A stretch of 26,678 nucleotides of DNA from Tubiluchus corallicola. Its lineage: Eukaryota; Animalia; Priapulida. Below the pieces are notes generated by a model that saw only the letters and a program-made list of their open reading frames with translations, ran no database searches and was not told where the DNA came from. Below, piece by piece: positions 1-10,213 of this stretch. Location: NCBI GenBank assembly GCA_030141605.1, contig JAQGDQ010000492.1:138847-165524 (forward strand). Direction: 5' to 3'. The position numbers were made by a program, and so were the translations under genes. Positions within the stretch are counted from its first letter, which is position 1. The number at the start of each line of letters is the position of its first letter.

Positions 1-475
1 CATTTATTTTTCTTTATGATCCATCTGCTCCCAATGTGTTTGGGCACAGTGTTTGGTATGTTGCTAGCTGATGTTGTGTCCTGGCACATCACAAAATATG
101 GGACGTGAGCGTTAGTAAAATTTTCCGCTGGGGAGCAAAAACCGAAAAATGGAGGTTGGGAACTGAAGTGCACCGTGTGTTGAACAATGGTACCTTGTAG
201 CACATTGAATAAAAGGTATCGATGAGGCGGATCTAAGATATGCCGCGTCTGTTTGATTTCTGACCCCTGGGTCACATGTTTAAATGTTACAAGCTGACAT
301 TTCATTATGAAGTGCAGTTCCTATGCATCAAACAAACCGAATTCAATATAACACTCCAATATAAGTTAGAACTTTCAACAAAAAGGCTAGCGTCTTTTCA
401 ATGTCCAATTCTGTAACTATTCACTATATTGCAAAATCTTCAGTTTCTGACCAAGTCAGAAACTAATTTCTAATT
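1..475 (+). mobile_element. 3' part of a non-autonomous Helentron/HINE (DINE-1-like) element, copy 1
   Basis: Subterminal repeat GCAAAATCTT (431-440) is followed directly by the hairpin AGTTTCTGAC-CAA-GTCAGAAACT (442-464) and a CTAATTT end. It is the mirror of copy 2 at 3953-4884. Confidence 0.6.
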
Positions 476-912
476 TCATTTCCGATTGAAAGCTCAAGCT
501 ATCTCATGTTATAATTATATTAATTTCACCTGAAACTATGGGGCAATAACACTAGTGTTTACAATTAAAACATAGATGGAGACATAGGTAAACTAGTAAA
601 CAAATATAACCTACCTAATAGTTCCAGATGTACCATTTTTGATGGTCTATATTGATGCAGGATTGGTTCATCTACTCGCGTTATTCCAGTATTTTGTATT
701 ACAATGTCTTTAATTTTCAACTGACGCGACAAATCTAGGCTGATTTTTTGTAGCTTTGGGCACTCCTGAATATAAATGTGTTTCACGGCATTTAATCTGT
801 AAAAAGCTTTTGGATGAATGTCAGTGAGATGAGAATTACGGGCAATAACAATTACGTCTGTGATGTCACCATAAAAAACTTCTTTACCAAGTCTCTTAAA
901 TTTCGAATCACT
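1..912. repeat. Left arm of a long inverted duplication (partner 3515-4426); probably continues beyond the window start
   Basis: The reverse complement of 1-912 matches 3515-4426 with a constant coordinate sum of 4427 at both ends, so there is no net indel. No mismatches were seen in the stretches compared. ORF 3641-3862 repeats the C-terminus of ORF 565-1377. Confidence 0.97.
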
Positions 913-1334
913 TAGGCAAAACCAGTCCACCACTTTACCATCGAGAAAGAATTTTGGTAATTGTTCGTCCTGGTACCTGGCAATCCACAGCAAGTGCGTC
1001 CAGTAGCGGAGAGCCTCAGTGGTGATTTTACGGAGTTTATCTTCCCACAGCGGTTCTGACACCTCTTCAGGAACTTGTCCAAATGCGTAGCTGGAAGGAA
1101 CACCACAGACAACCATGCAGCCTGGCTTGTTTTTTGGCATTTTTCGTGAAAGACAATTTTTTGTTGGCACATAACTACAGTCAGCTTCAATATCATTTGT
1201 ACATCCATAAAATTCACCAAGTTTTATTTCATCCACCAAGTGGTCTCTTTCAGGCTCAGAACAATCAATTACTGACTTCTTCCACTTTCTATTTTTCGTC
1301 CATTCTAAACCACAATTACAGGTGAGATCATTTC
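615..1334 (-). CDS. Internal exon A of a modular LRR protein: LRRCT (GNDLTCNCGLEW...C) + Cys-rich cap + about 5-6 LRR turns
   Basis: Acceptor tttcttttcctcag|GA at 1335/1334 and donor TTAG|gtaggt at 615/614 give a 720-nt, stop-free, phase 1-1 exon. It aligns along its length with the exon at 10214-10954 (HxLWIxxYxDExLPxxFxxGKxV...YGxIT...IHPxAxYxxNxV...LDLS...IVI..T...PxLH). Confidence 0.88.
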
Positions 1335-1383
1335 CTGAGGAAAAGAAACAATTCACATTATTAATATAAGATTCCAAATTTAA

Positions 1384-1490
1384 AGGAAGACAGGGTGATT
1401 TTTCATATACTACCCATTTTCAACTACGGCAAAAAAGTATAAATTTTAACACCAAAATGTTTCTGATAGTTCAGTACAGCACCTGCGTTT
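1384..1490 (+). mobile_element. Terminal fragment of a TTAA-targeting (Kolobok-like) DNA element, related to 19488-20047
   Basis: TTAA|AGGAAGACAGGGTGATTTTTCATATACTACCCATTTTCAA...TTTTAACAC...TGTTTCTGATA resembles TTAA|AGGAAGCCATGATGGTTTTTCATATACTACCCCATTTTCAA...TTTTAACAC...TGTTTCTGATA starting at 19484. Confidence 0.55.
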
Positions 1491-2215
1491 GGTTATAATT
1501 CGCAAAGAAAATTAACAACTTTTTGTGTTTTGTGTGGTGACTAGATAAACTCTGTAACTAGGTACCTATAAAGTAAATGAAAGATAAAATTTAAGAAATA
1601 AGTAACAAAACATATTCGCGGTTAAGAAAGAATCTACCTGTAGTAGACTACCTGAAGATGTAAATGTAACGCCATTTATATGGCGCACTGTTAAAATCTC
1701 TCTATAATACCTTAATTGTCATAAGATACATAAAGTTGAAAAAAACATTAAAAATTAAAACTAGTTTATCGTAAAAAGAACAATCTAATCAAATGTATTT
1801 TAAGATGCTGTTTAAAAAATCTAATGTGAACAAAACATTGAATAATTGAGTTTGCATCTAGCAGGAAAAGACGAGTCCGTAACTTCGCAGACCAGTCCAT
1901 GATTAAAAGCATTGAAGGATGGTGACTCTTTGAAGCCCAAGGCTAATGAAATTATGGGGCCCCTTCACATTGAGCCACCCACTAACTCGCCCCGCAACTG
2001 TCTACAATATTTTTACTGTATGATATATTTTAGCGACATTTCCATAGCTTGAAGTCAACGTGTTGCAATTTAAAAAAAGAATGTGGAAAAAAGAGATTCG
2101 TTAAAATACCTGTTATAGTAGAGTCGTTTTTACATCGTGTAGCCAAAATAGACGTGTTAGCTAAAGACAAAAAACTATAAGCTACATTCACAAATAAGCG
2201 TCTAGCAAGTGTCTA

Positions 2216-3519
2216 GTAAGGAGGTCGACTTAGCAAAGAGTGCAGTGTTGATAAGGAAGTTGACGTAGCAAAGAGTGCAGTGTTGATAAGGAAGTCGATC
2301 TAGCAAAGAGTGCAGTGTTGATAAGGAAGTCGACTTAGCAAAGACTGCAGTGTTGGTAAGGAAGTCGACTTAGCAAAGACTGCAGTGTTGATAAGGAAGT
2401 CGACTTGGCAAAGACTGCAGTGTTGGTAAGGAAGTCGACGTAGTAAAGAGTGCAGTGTTGATAAGGAAGTCGACATAGCAAAGACTGCAGTGTTGGTAAG
2501 GAAGTCGACATAGTAAAGAGTGCAGTGTTGATAAGGAAGTCGACTTAGCAAAGACTGCAGTGTTGATAAGGAAGTCGACGTAGTAAAGAGTGCAGTGTTG
2601 ATAAGGAAGTCGACGTAGTAAAGACTGCAGTGTTGATAAGGAAGTCGACTTAGCAAAGAGCGCAGTGTTGATAAGGAAGTCGACTTAGTAAAGACTGCAG
2701 TGTTGATAAGGAAGTCGACGTAGCAAAGAGCGCAGTGTTGATAAAGAAGTCGACGTAGCAAAGACTGCAGTGTTGATAAGGAAGTCGACGTAGCAAAGAG
2801 TGCAGTGTTGATAAGGAAGTCGACGTAGCAAAGAGTGCAGTGTTGATAAGGAAGTCGACGTAGCAAAGAGTGCAGTGTTGATAAGGAAGTCGACGTAGTA
2901 AAGACTGCAGTGTTGGTAAGGAAGTCGATGTAGCAAAGAGTGCAGTGTTGATAAGGAAGTCGACATAGCAAAGACTGCAGTGTTGGTAAGGAAGTCGACG
3001 TAGTAAAGAGTGCAGTGTTGATAAGGAAGTCGACGTAGTAAAGAGTGCAGTGTTGATAAGGAAGTCGACGTAGTAAAGAGTGCAGTGTTGGTAAGGAAGT
3101 CGTCTTAGCAAAGAGTGCAGTGTTGATAAGGAAGTCGACTTAGCAAAGACTGCAGTGTTGATAAGGAAGTCGGCGTAGCAAAGAGTGCAGTGTTGATAAG
3201 GAAGTCGACGTAGTAAAGAGTATGTGCAGTGTTGATAAGGAAGTTGACGTAGTAAAGACTGCAGTGTTGATAAGGAAGTCGACGTAGTAAAGACTGCAGT
3301 GTTGATAAGGAAGTTGACGTAGTAAAGACTGCAGTGTTGGTAAGGAAGTCGACGTAGTAAAGAGTGCAGTGTTGATAAGGAAGCTGACGTAGTAAAGAGT
3401 GAGTGCAGTGTTGATAAGGAAGCTGACGTAGTAAAGAGTGAGTGCAGTGTTGATAAGGAAGTCGACGTAGTAAAGAGTGAGTGCAGTGTTGATAAGGAAG
3501 TCGACGTAGTAAAGAGTGA
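2216..3519. repeat. 35-bp minisatellite, about 37 copies (TAGCAAAGAGTGCAGTGTTGATAAGGAAGTCGACG and variants)
   Basis: Period is 35 (e.g. TAGCA at 2301 and 2336). Variants include GTGCAG/CTGCAG and GCAAA/GTAAA, with 39-bp units (GAGTGAGTGCAG) at the right end. It explains ORFs 2300-2971, 2650-3111, 2685-2966 and most of 3140-3613. Confidence 0.97.
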
Positions 3520-3812
3520 TTCGAAATTTAAGAGACTTGGTAAAGAAGTTTTTTATGGTGACATCACAGACGTAATTGTTATTGCCCGTAATTCTCATCT
3601 CACTGACATTCATCCAAAAGCTTTTTACAGATTAAATGCCGTGAAACACATTTATATTCAGGAGTGCCCAAAGCTACAAAAAATCAGCCTAGATTTGTCG
3701 CGTCAGTTGAAAATTAAAGACATTGTAATACAAAATACTGGAATAACGCGAGTAGATGAACCAATCCTGCATCAATATAGACCATCAAAAATGGTACATC
3801 TGGAACTATTAG
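3515..3812 (+). pseudogene. 5'-truncated copy of LRR exon A (last 298 nt, donor intact, no acceptor), fused to the 35-bp satellite
   Basis: Reads SDSKFKRLGKEVFYGDIT...HLELL-G|gtaggt with the donor at 3813. Upstream is satellite rather than the 5' half of the exon. Confidence 0.85.
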
Positions 3813-4426
3813 GTAGGTTATATTTGTTTACTAGTTTACCTATGTCTCCATCTATGTTTTAATTGTAAACACTAGTGTTATTGCCCCATAGTTTCAGGTG
3901 AAATTAATATAATTATAACATGAGATAGCTTGAGCTTTCAATCGGAAATGAAATTAGAAATTAGTTTCTGACTTGGTCAGAAACTGAAGATTTTGCAATA
4001 TAGTGAATAGTTACAGAATTGGACATTGAAAAGACGCTAGCCTTTTTGTTGAAAGTTCTAACTTATATTGGAGTGTTATATTGAATTCGGTTTGTTTGAT
4101 GCATAGGAACTGCACTTCATAATGAAATGTCAGCTTGTAACATTTAAACATGTGACCCAGGGGTCAGAAATCAAACAGACGCGGCATATCTTAGATCCGC
4201 CTCATCGATACCTTTTATTCAATGTGCTACAAGGTACCATTGTTCAACACACGGTGCACTTCAGTTCCCAACCTCCATTTTTCGGTTTTTGCTCCCCAGC
4301 GGAAAATTTTACTAACGCTCACGTCCCATATTTTGTGATGTGCCAGGACACAACATCAGCTAGCAACATACCAAACACTGTGCCCAAACACATTGGGAGC
4401 AGATGGATCATAAAGAAAAATAAATG
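3515..4426. repeat. Right arm of the long inverted duplication (partner 1-912)
   Basis: Starts at AGTGATTCGAAATTTAAG (reverse complement of 895-912) and runs to ...AAATAAATG at 4426 (reverse complement of 1-9). Confidence 0.97.
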
Positions 4427-4884
4427 AAGACCTGCTCGCTTCGTGACCTTTGACCCGGCAACTCGAGTTACATGTATACGTAGAAAACTTTTCCCAGAGA
4501 GTGTACCCTGTGAGATTGGGTTCTCAGCCCTCAGCATGTAAAAGGTCACCAATTGGGGATCCCAAATTTGGCCCCTCCTTTGGGCATCTACCCCACAGTA
4601 TCCAAATACTTGTGAAAAAAAGTTGGAAAAAACTGAATGCTCTAGGAGGAGTTGCGAACTAAATGAAAAACTGACCGAAGCGCACCGCCCTTCTCCTTGA
4701 CCAGTCGTCAGTGATCATCACACTGTTGTACATCCCCGTTCATGGCTACTCTGGGAGTTTGGTGACCCTAGCTTGCAAGGCTTACGAGTTATTAAGCATT
4801 AAAGTGGCGGAGAATAAATACTAATAAATATTAATAATAACCGTGTGAGAAACAGTAAGATTTTGCTATGGCAAAATCTTAATA
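3953..4884 (-). mobile_element. Non-autonomous Helentron/HINE (DINE-1-like) element, about 930 bp, copy 2
   Basis: One end has the hairpin AAGATTTTGC-TATG-GCAAAATCTT (4857-4880) next to an AAT-rich simple repeat (about 4813-4840). The other end has the matching subterminal repeat AAGATTTTGC (3987-3996) beside a palindrome at 3963-3985. This subTIR+IR / subTIR+palindrome layout is the described DINE-1/HINE structure. No coding capacity. Confidence 0.62.
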
Positions 4885-4914
4885 ATTGTCCCGCATAGTA
4901 CGATTTTTTATCAA

Positions 4915-5200
4915 AAGAAAAAGACAAGCTCCCAAGCTAGCTTTGAAGACATTTTGTTAATAAATGAAAAGGCAAGCCCCCAAGCTAGCTTTGAAGGCAT
5001 TTTGTAAATAAACAAAAAAACAAGCGCCCGATTTAGCTTTGAAAACATTTAATTCATAAACAAAAAGGCAATCTCCCAAGCTAGCTTTGAAAACAATTTA
5101 TTAACAAACAAAAAGGCAAGCTTGCGAGCTAACTTTGAAAACAATGTATTAATAAACAAAAGACAAGCTCGCGAGCTAGCTTTGAAAACATTTTATTAAA
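4915..5200. repeat. 48-bp tandem repeat, about 6 degenerate copies (AAAAAGGCAAGCTCCCAAGCTAGCTTTGAAAACATTTTATTAATAAAC-like)
   Basis: The CAAGC/CAATC anchor occurs at 4925, 4973, 5021, 5069, 5117 and 5164. Confidence 0.9.
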
Positions 5201-5217
5201 TGTTTTGGCCGACGTCA

Positions 5218-6420
5218 GACAACATGGAGCAGCACCTGAAAATTCTAGCAATCCAGTAAGCGTCAATCTAACAACATGAAGCTATGTACCAGCATCTGAA
5301 GATTCAAGCAATCCTGTCAAACAACGTGAAGCTATATGTACCAGCACCTGAAATTTCAAGCAATCCAATCAAACAACTGGACGTTATATGTGCCAGCACC
5401 TGAAGATTCAAGCAATCCAATCAAACAACATGAAGTTATATGTACCAGCACGTGAAGATTCAAGCAATCAAATCAAATAACATGAAGTTATATGTGCCAG
5501 CACCTGAAGATTCAAGCAATCAAATCAAATAACATGAAGTTATATGTACCAGCACCAGGAGATTCAAGCAATCAAATCAAATAACATGAAGTTATATGTA
5601 CCAGCACCAGAAGATTCAAGCAATCCAATCAAACAACATGAAGTTATATGTACCAGCACCAGAAGATTCAAGCAATCAAATCAAATAACATGAAGCTATA
5701 TGTACCAGCACCAGAAGATTCAAGCAATCCAATCAAACAACATGAAGTTATATGTACCAGCACCTGAAGATTCAAGCAGTCCAATCAAACAACGTGAAGT
5801 TATATGTGCCAGCACGTGAAGATTCAAGCAATCCTGTCAAACAACGTGAAGCTATATGTACCAGCACCTGAAAATTCAAGCAATCCTGTCAAACAACGTG
5901 AAGCTATATGTACCAGCACCTGAAAATTCAAGCAATCCAATCAAACAACATGAAGTTATATGTGCCAGCACATGAAGATTCAAGCAATCAAATCAAATAA
6001 CATGAAGTTATATGTACCAGCACCAGAAGATTCAAGCAATCCAATCAAACAACATGAAGTTATATGTACCAGCACCAGAAGATTCAAGCAATCCAATCAA
6101 ACAACATGAAGTTATATGTACCAGCACCAGAAGATTCAAGCAATCCAATCAAACAACATGAAGTTATATGTACCAGCACCAGAAGATTCAAGCAATCAAA
6201 TCAAATAACATGAAGTTATATGTACCAGCACCAGAAGATTCAAGCAATCCAATCAAACAACATGAAGTTATATGTACCAGCACCAGAAGATTCAAGCAAT
6301 CAAATCAAACAACATGAAGTTATATGTACCAGCACCTGAAGATTCAAGCAGTCCAATCAAACAACGTGAAGCTATGTGTACCAGTACTTAAAGATTCAAT
6401 CATTCAAGCAATTAAATCAA
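5218..6420. repeat. 52-bp minisatellite, about 23 copies (CATGAAGTTATATGTACCAGCACCAGAAGATTCAAGCAATCCAATCAAACAA)
   Basis: Period is 52 (CATGAAG at 6001 and 6053). The array is homogeneous in the centre and degenerate at the edges. Confidence 0.96.
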
Positions 6421-6464
6421 GCAGTGATTTAATTGTAAAAGTGAATATATCAATATAAGCATCG

Positions 6465-7250
6465 CACTATAAAATACATTTAATGTACAAGTTAGAAGTA
6501 TTAAAAAACCTATTTCTGAAAGAAAATACAAACTTACGTATAATTACGGTATGTATAAATATACCGTCATTTCACGAGCATTGCAATCATGAGGGCATAT
6601 ACACTTGTTATAAGTGATTTTAATTTTTCTTCATGACATAATCATAATATTTACTCCGCAACGATATACCATATATACACGTAAAAAGCTTTTAAATAGA
6701 GAGAGTTTAACATCAGTACTGCATTTACTAAAACGTCTAATTATAGTATTAGCTCCAGCGGCTAGCAAAGATTTTTGACGTTTTATGTCATCAGCTAAAT
6801 TGGTAATCACACGGCCCAGGTACACGGCCCAGGTACACGACCCAGGTACACGGCCCAGGTACACGACCCAGGTACACGACCCAGGTACACGACCCAGGTA
6901 CACGACCCAGGTACACGACCCAGGTACACGACCCAGGTACACGACCCAGGTACACGACCCAGGTACACGGCCCAGGTACTTCTCTTTATCCGAGATTCTT
7001 ATCTCGGAGTGGTTGTAGCGAACAGCTCCAAAAGATACAGAGCTCATTGTAGATGGCCTGAAACTGACTAGTTTGGTTTTTCAACCTTTCTTACTACGTC
7101 AGATTCATTAGCAAAAGTTTGTCAATTAACACTTGCATGGAGGGTATTATATTGGCCAGAAGACAAACATCGCCAGTAAACATTAAATTGTACAAGATAT
7201 TGCCGCTAATTCTGAATCGCACCCTCTGCTGATTTAATTATAGGTTACGT
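6465..7250 (-). mobile_element. Decayed non-LTR retrotransposon reverse-transcriptase C-terminal fragment (RTE-X-like, clade tentative)
   Basis: Minus-strand translation with frameshifts gives NLMFTGDVCLLA (degenerate FADD), KTKLVSFRP, EKYLGRV, ITNLADDIKRQ, ANTIIRRFSKCSTDVKLSLFKSF and IRKFVFSFRNRF. Confidence 0.8.
6808..6979. repeat. 13-bp minisatellite, 13 copies (ACACGACCCAGGT), inside the RT KYLG motif
   Basis: Visible directly, and produces the 13-aa periodicity in ORFs 6631-7047 and 6785-7018. Confidence 0.96.
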
Positions 7251-7261
7251 TCTTTAATTAA

Positions 7262-7878
7262 AACACAAGAAAACCCTCCACTCACATAAAGCTTAAAAAA
7301 TTCTTCTCGAAATTTTATACCACTTACATACTACCTTTTCGTATGCATGGCTTGCATCGGCCGTAACGCTGTATAAAATGTGTAAATTTTTAAATTTAAA
7401 AACACCCGCTATGGCCGTTTGAAAAAATAATCAGTGCATTCGTAGCATACATTTCCTAATTAAGTAAAATTTTAAATTACTGTATCTTGTCAAAAAGATT
7501 AAAAATACTTTTTTGGTCAGTGTGAGTGGCGCACCCTGGAGGGTGAGTCAGCGACCTTCTACGAATTGGCACAAACATTTTAAACTATTAGTCTAGTTAC
7601 ATAAGTCTTTCTAGTAGGTACGCCATAAACCAAGTAATATAGATTTGCACAGAAAGTGTTTTGGGTCATAATTTAACATTTCCTTTTCTTCCCTGAATTA
7701 CGTGGCGTAGTGACGTCATGTATGGTGCCGCCGGAACAGTATTGCGGGAGATTTAAAACGAAAACAAACAAAAATTCCCTTCAACCCGAATACGACATCT
7801 GCATGAAATTGCTGTAAAGTAGTATAATTTTTAAGGCGATTTTTCTGAAATCTACTTTAGGTGCCATTTTACTTGTCT
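7262..7878. mobile_element. Possible degenerate TTAA-flanked non-autonomous DNA element
   Basis: TTAA at 7258-7261 and 7879-7882, ends AACACAAG / CTTGTCT, and weak inverted similarity (TTATACCACTT vs the reverse complement TTATACTACTT). It abuts the point where the RT fragment stops. Confidence 0.3.
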
Positions 7879-8587
7879 TTAAAATAGAAATTAAATAGCC
7901 ATAAAAATTAAAAATTAAATGACACGTCACCTTGTCTTAAACCATTACTAACATAAAAACTGTTAGAACTCATTAAGTTTATATGCTCGAGAATTTTGCT
8001 AAATACTGAACCGATTGCAATCGGAATGTAATTGCAGATTGATGTTTGCTAATATTCTTGTTTTTAGCCGCAGCGACTAGGCTAGCATGCGATAATTTTA
8101 CAGGTATAAATCCACGTGAGAGAGCAGGAAACTGAACAATAAAGACAAAATGACACAGGTGTAATAAGAACTCTAAATAATGTGCTCAACTGATATACTT
8201 TTGCTAGTTGAACATTCTGAACATTCGTGTAATTTTAGAATATCAGTAATTACCTAAAATATTTCGTTTGGAGTAATATCAGGAATACTGCCTAGTCAGG
8301 TACCTGCGAATAAATTATTACGAAACAGAGGCAAAGTTACTTTTGTTACCAGAATAAAATAAGGATATTCGGATCTGCAATGATTTTCCCACAAATTAGT
8401 AATTTGCTAAGGACCAACCGCGTCATCGATTTTGTCAACTAAATGCAGTTTCGTATTGACTTCAGTTCTGATCGCATCACTTTTGCATTCACGTAAACAG
8501 TAGTTGCTGCTACCAGTCTATGATTAAATTTACCTTGACTTATCTAAAGTGAAAAGAAAAATTTACCCTCCCTGTGATTTTAAGCCC

Positions 8588-8862
8588 AGCCTCCATGCAT
8601 ATAGCATCTGCTACATGTGCTAGTCCTGAAGATTCAAACAATAGCCTCCATGCATATAGCCTCTGCTACATGTGCTAGTCCTGAAGATTCAAACAATAGC
8701 CTCCATGCATATAGCCTCTGCTACATGTGCTAGTCCTGAAGATTCAAACAATAGCCTCCATGCATATAGCCTCTGCTACATGTGCTAGTCCTGAAGATTC
8801 AAACAATAGCCTCCATGCATATAGCCTCTGCTACATGTGCTAGTCCTGAAGATTCAAACAAT
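8588..8862. repeat. 55-bp tandem repeat, 5 near-identical copies (AGCCTCCATGCATATAGCCTCTGCTACATGTGCTAGTCCTGAAGATTCAAACAAT)
   Basis: CTCCATGCAT occurs at 8591, 8646, 8701, 8756 and 8811. Confidence 0.96.
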
Positions 8863-10213
8863 TGCACCAAGTGTCCTCCAGATAAGATGAAGCTTCGTAC
8901 TAGAACCTGATTATTCAAGCACTTTCACTAAACATCAACCAAACAGCATGAAGCCATAAACCAGCACTTCAGAAGTGAAGCCATGTAATCAAGCTTTGCT
9001 TAAAGTAATTAATTAGCTGAAAATTAGTGAAACTGCTTGAATATTCAGGTGCGGGTTTTCTGGGTGACTAAAGCAATGAACCCAGAAACATTACAGTTTT
9101 TAACAAAAAGTATCTTATGCACTGTCATGTATTGATAATACTGCGTATGAATACCATAGTAGTGCGGATGGTTAGAAGTTGTTCGGTTTATGGCCGCGAG
9201 GCATAATAGATTAAACTTGTTTCTTATTAGATAAATGAAGCCCATTTCGTGTTTAAAATAATAAAGAATTACAAGTATAACATGCACTTGCCTCTTTGTT
9301 TGTTATTAAGTTCACATTTCAAATAAGACATTTTGTTGCTAGATTTTTTTAATCTATGTAAGTACATAATGGCAAAAGCAACAAATGTTTATTTACTGTG
9401 TTTTTCATCTGAATTTAATTATACTACCATTTCTACATTTCTACCTAGTATGATTTCTATACTCTTTAAATGTGCTTAGGCTACGAAAGACGTCAGCATT
9501 GGTGAAAAAGCATTAGTTTTCTAGAAAGAGTTTTTTCATTAATTTTTAATTTATAACTCGATTATTATCATATTTTGTCATTAGTACAAAAATATATACA
9601 ATACAAAAACAAGACATGTATACAATTCCAATTTTGAAATAGTAACACTACAGACAAACAAATAATTATTGATGAAACAAAATTTTAATATCATAAAACC
9701 AGCCTTGTTAGTTATTTTCGTTGTTTAAGAGAAGAATTTAATGATTAGTATTTAAAATAGATTGTCACTCGTCTGGCCTCATTTTCAATATGATCAGTGC
9801 ATAGTACATGTTCATCATGTTTTTAAAACGCTTATTCAACATAATAAATAAATGCCTCAATTACTTTCCAAGTCACTACTTCCCATCAAGAAAAAAATCA
9901 TAATAAATAAGCAATAAATGTATCTTATCCACATTCGCTCTAGTATTTCCTGTAAAGAAAGCTTAGTCAAGTCAGCAAGGAAGTCAGATGTTTTATTGCA
10001 ATGACGTAATTAGATAATTTCCACATAGCCGTCTAAACGCATGGGCATGCCGGGCACTTGCCCTGGAGACCCACGAGCATCGATGCCTGAAACTTGTAAA
10101 AATCAGCTTCGTAGCACAATGAGACAGATAAATAATTGTGTCAGATATATACTGTGTAAAATACTATCGCATTTTAAAATGTTTGTTTATTCAGCATCCA
10201 CAACATTTTGCAG

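Noticed and set aside
565-1377. ORFs 565-1377 and 10138-10968 as complete single-exon genes
   Set aside because: Mutual homology starts and stops at canonical phase-1 splice sites. The ORF termini are intronic read-through with no signal peptide.
1630-1670. Possible minus-strand microexon (cttcag|GTAGTCTACTACAG|gtagat) upstream of exon A
   Set aside because: At 14 nt it is not frame-preserving, the donor is weak and there is no supporting homology.
2216-3519. 35-bp repeat array as a CRISPR array
   Set aside because: Units are head-to-tail with no unique spacers, there are no cas genes, and the context is eukaryotic. The same applies to the 48-, 52-, 55-, 65- and 70-bp arrays.
2300-3613. Long minus-strand ORFs (93-223 aa) with repetitive peptides
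   Set aside because: They are translations of the 35-bp satellite. The unit is not a multiple of 3 and all three frames give the same cyclic peptide.
3621-3812. Cryptic acceptor ctttttacag rescuing the truncated + copy of exon A
   Set aside because: It would give a 182-nt exon that shifts frame relative to phase-1 neighbours, and there is no evidence of use.
9369-9480. ATG-initiated short ORF as the signal-peptide exon for exon B
   Set aside because: It has no convincing hydrophobic core or phase-1 donor and ends in TAG. Exon B begins with an LRRCT, which implies a preceding LRR exon.
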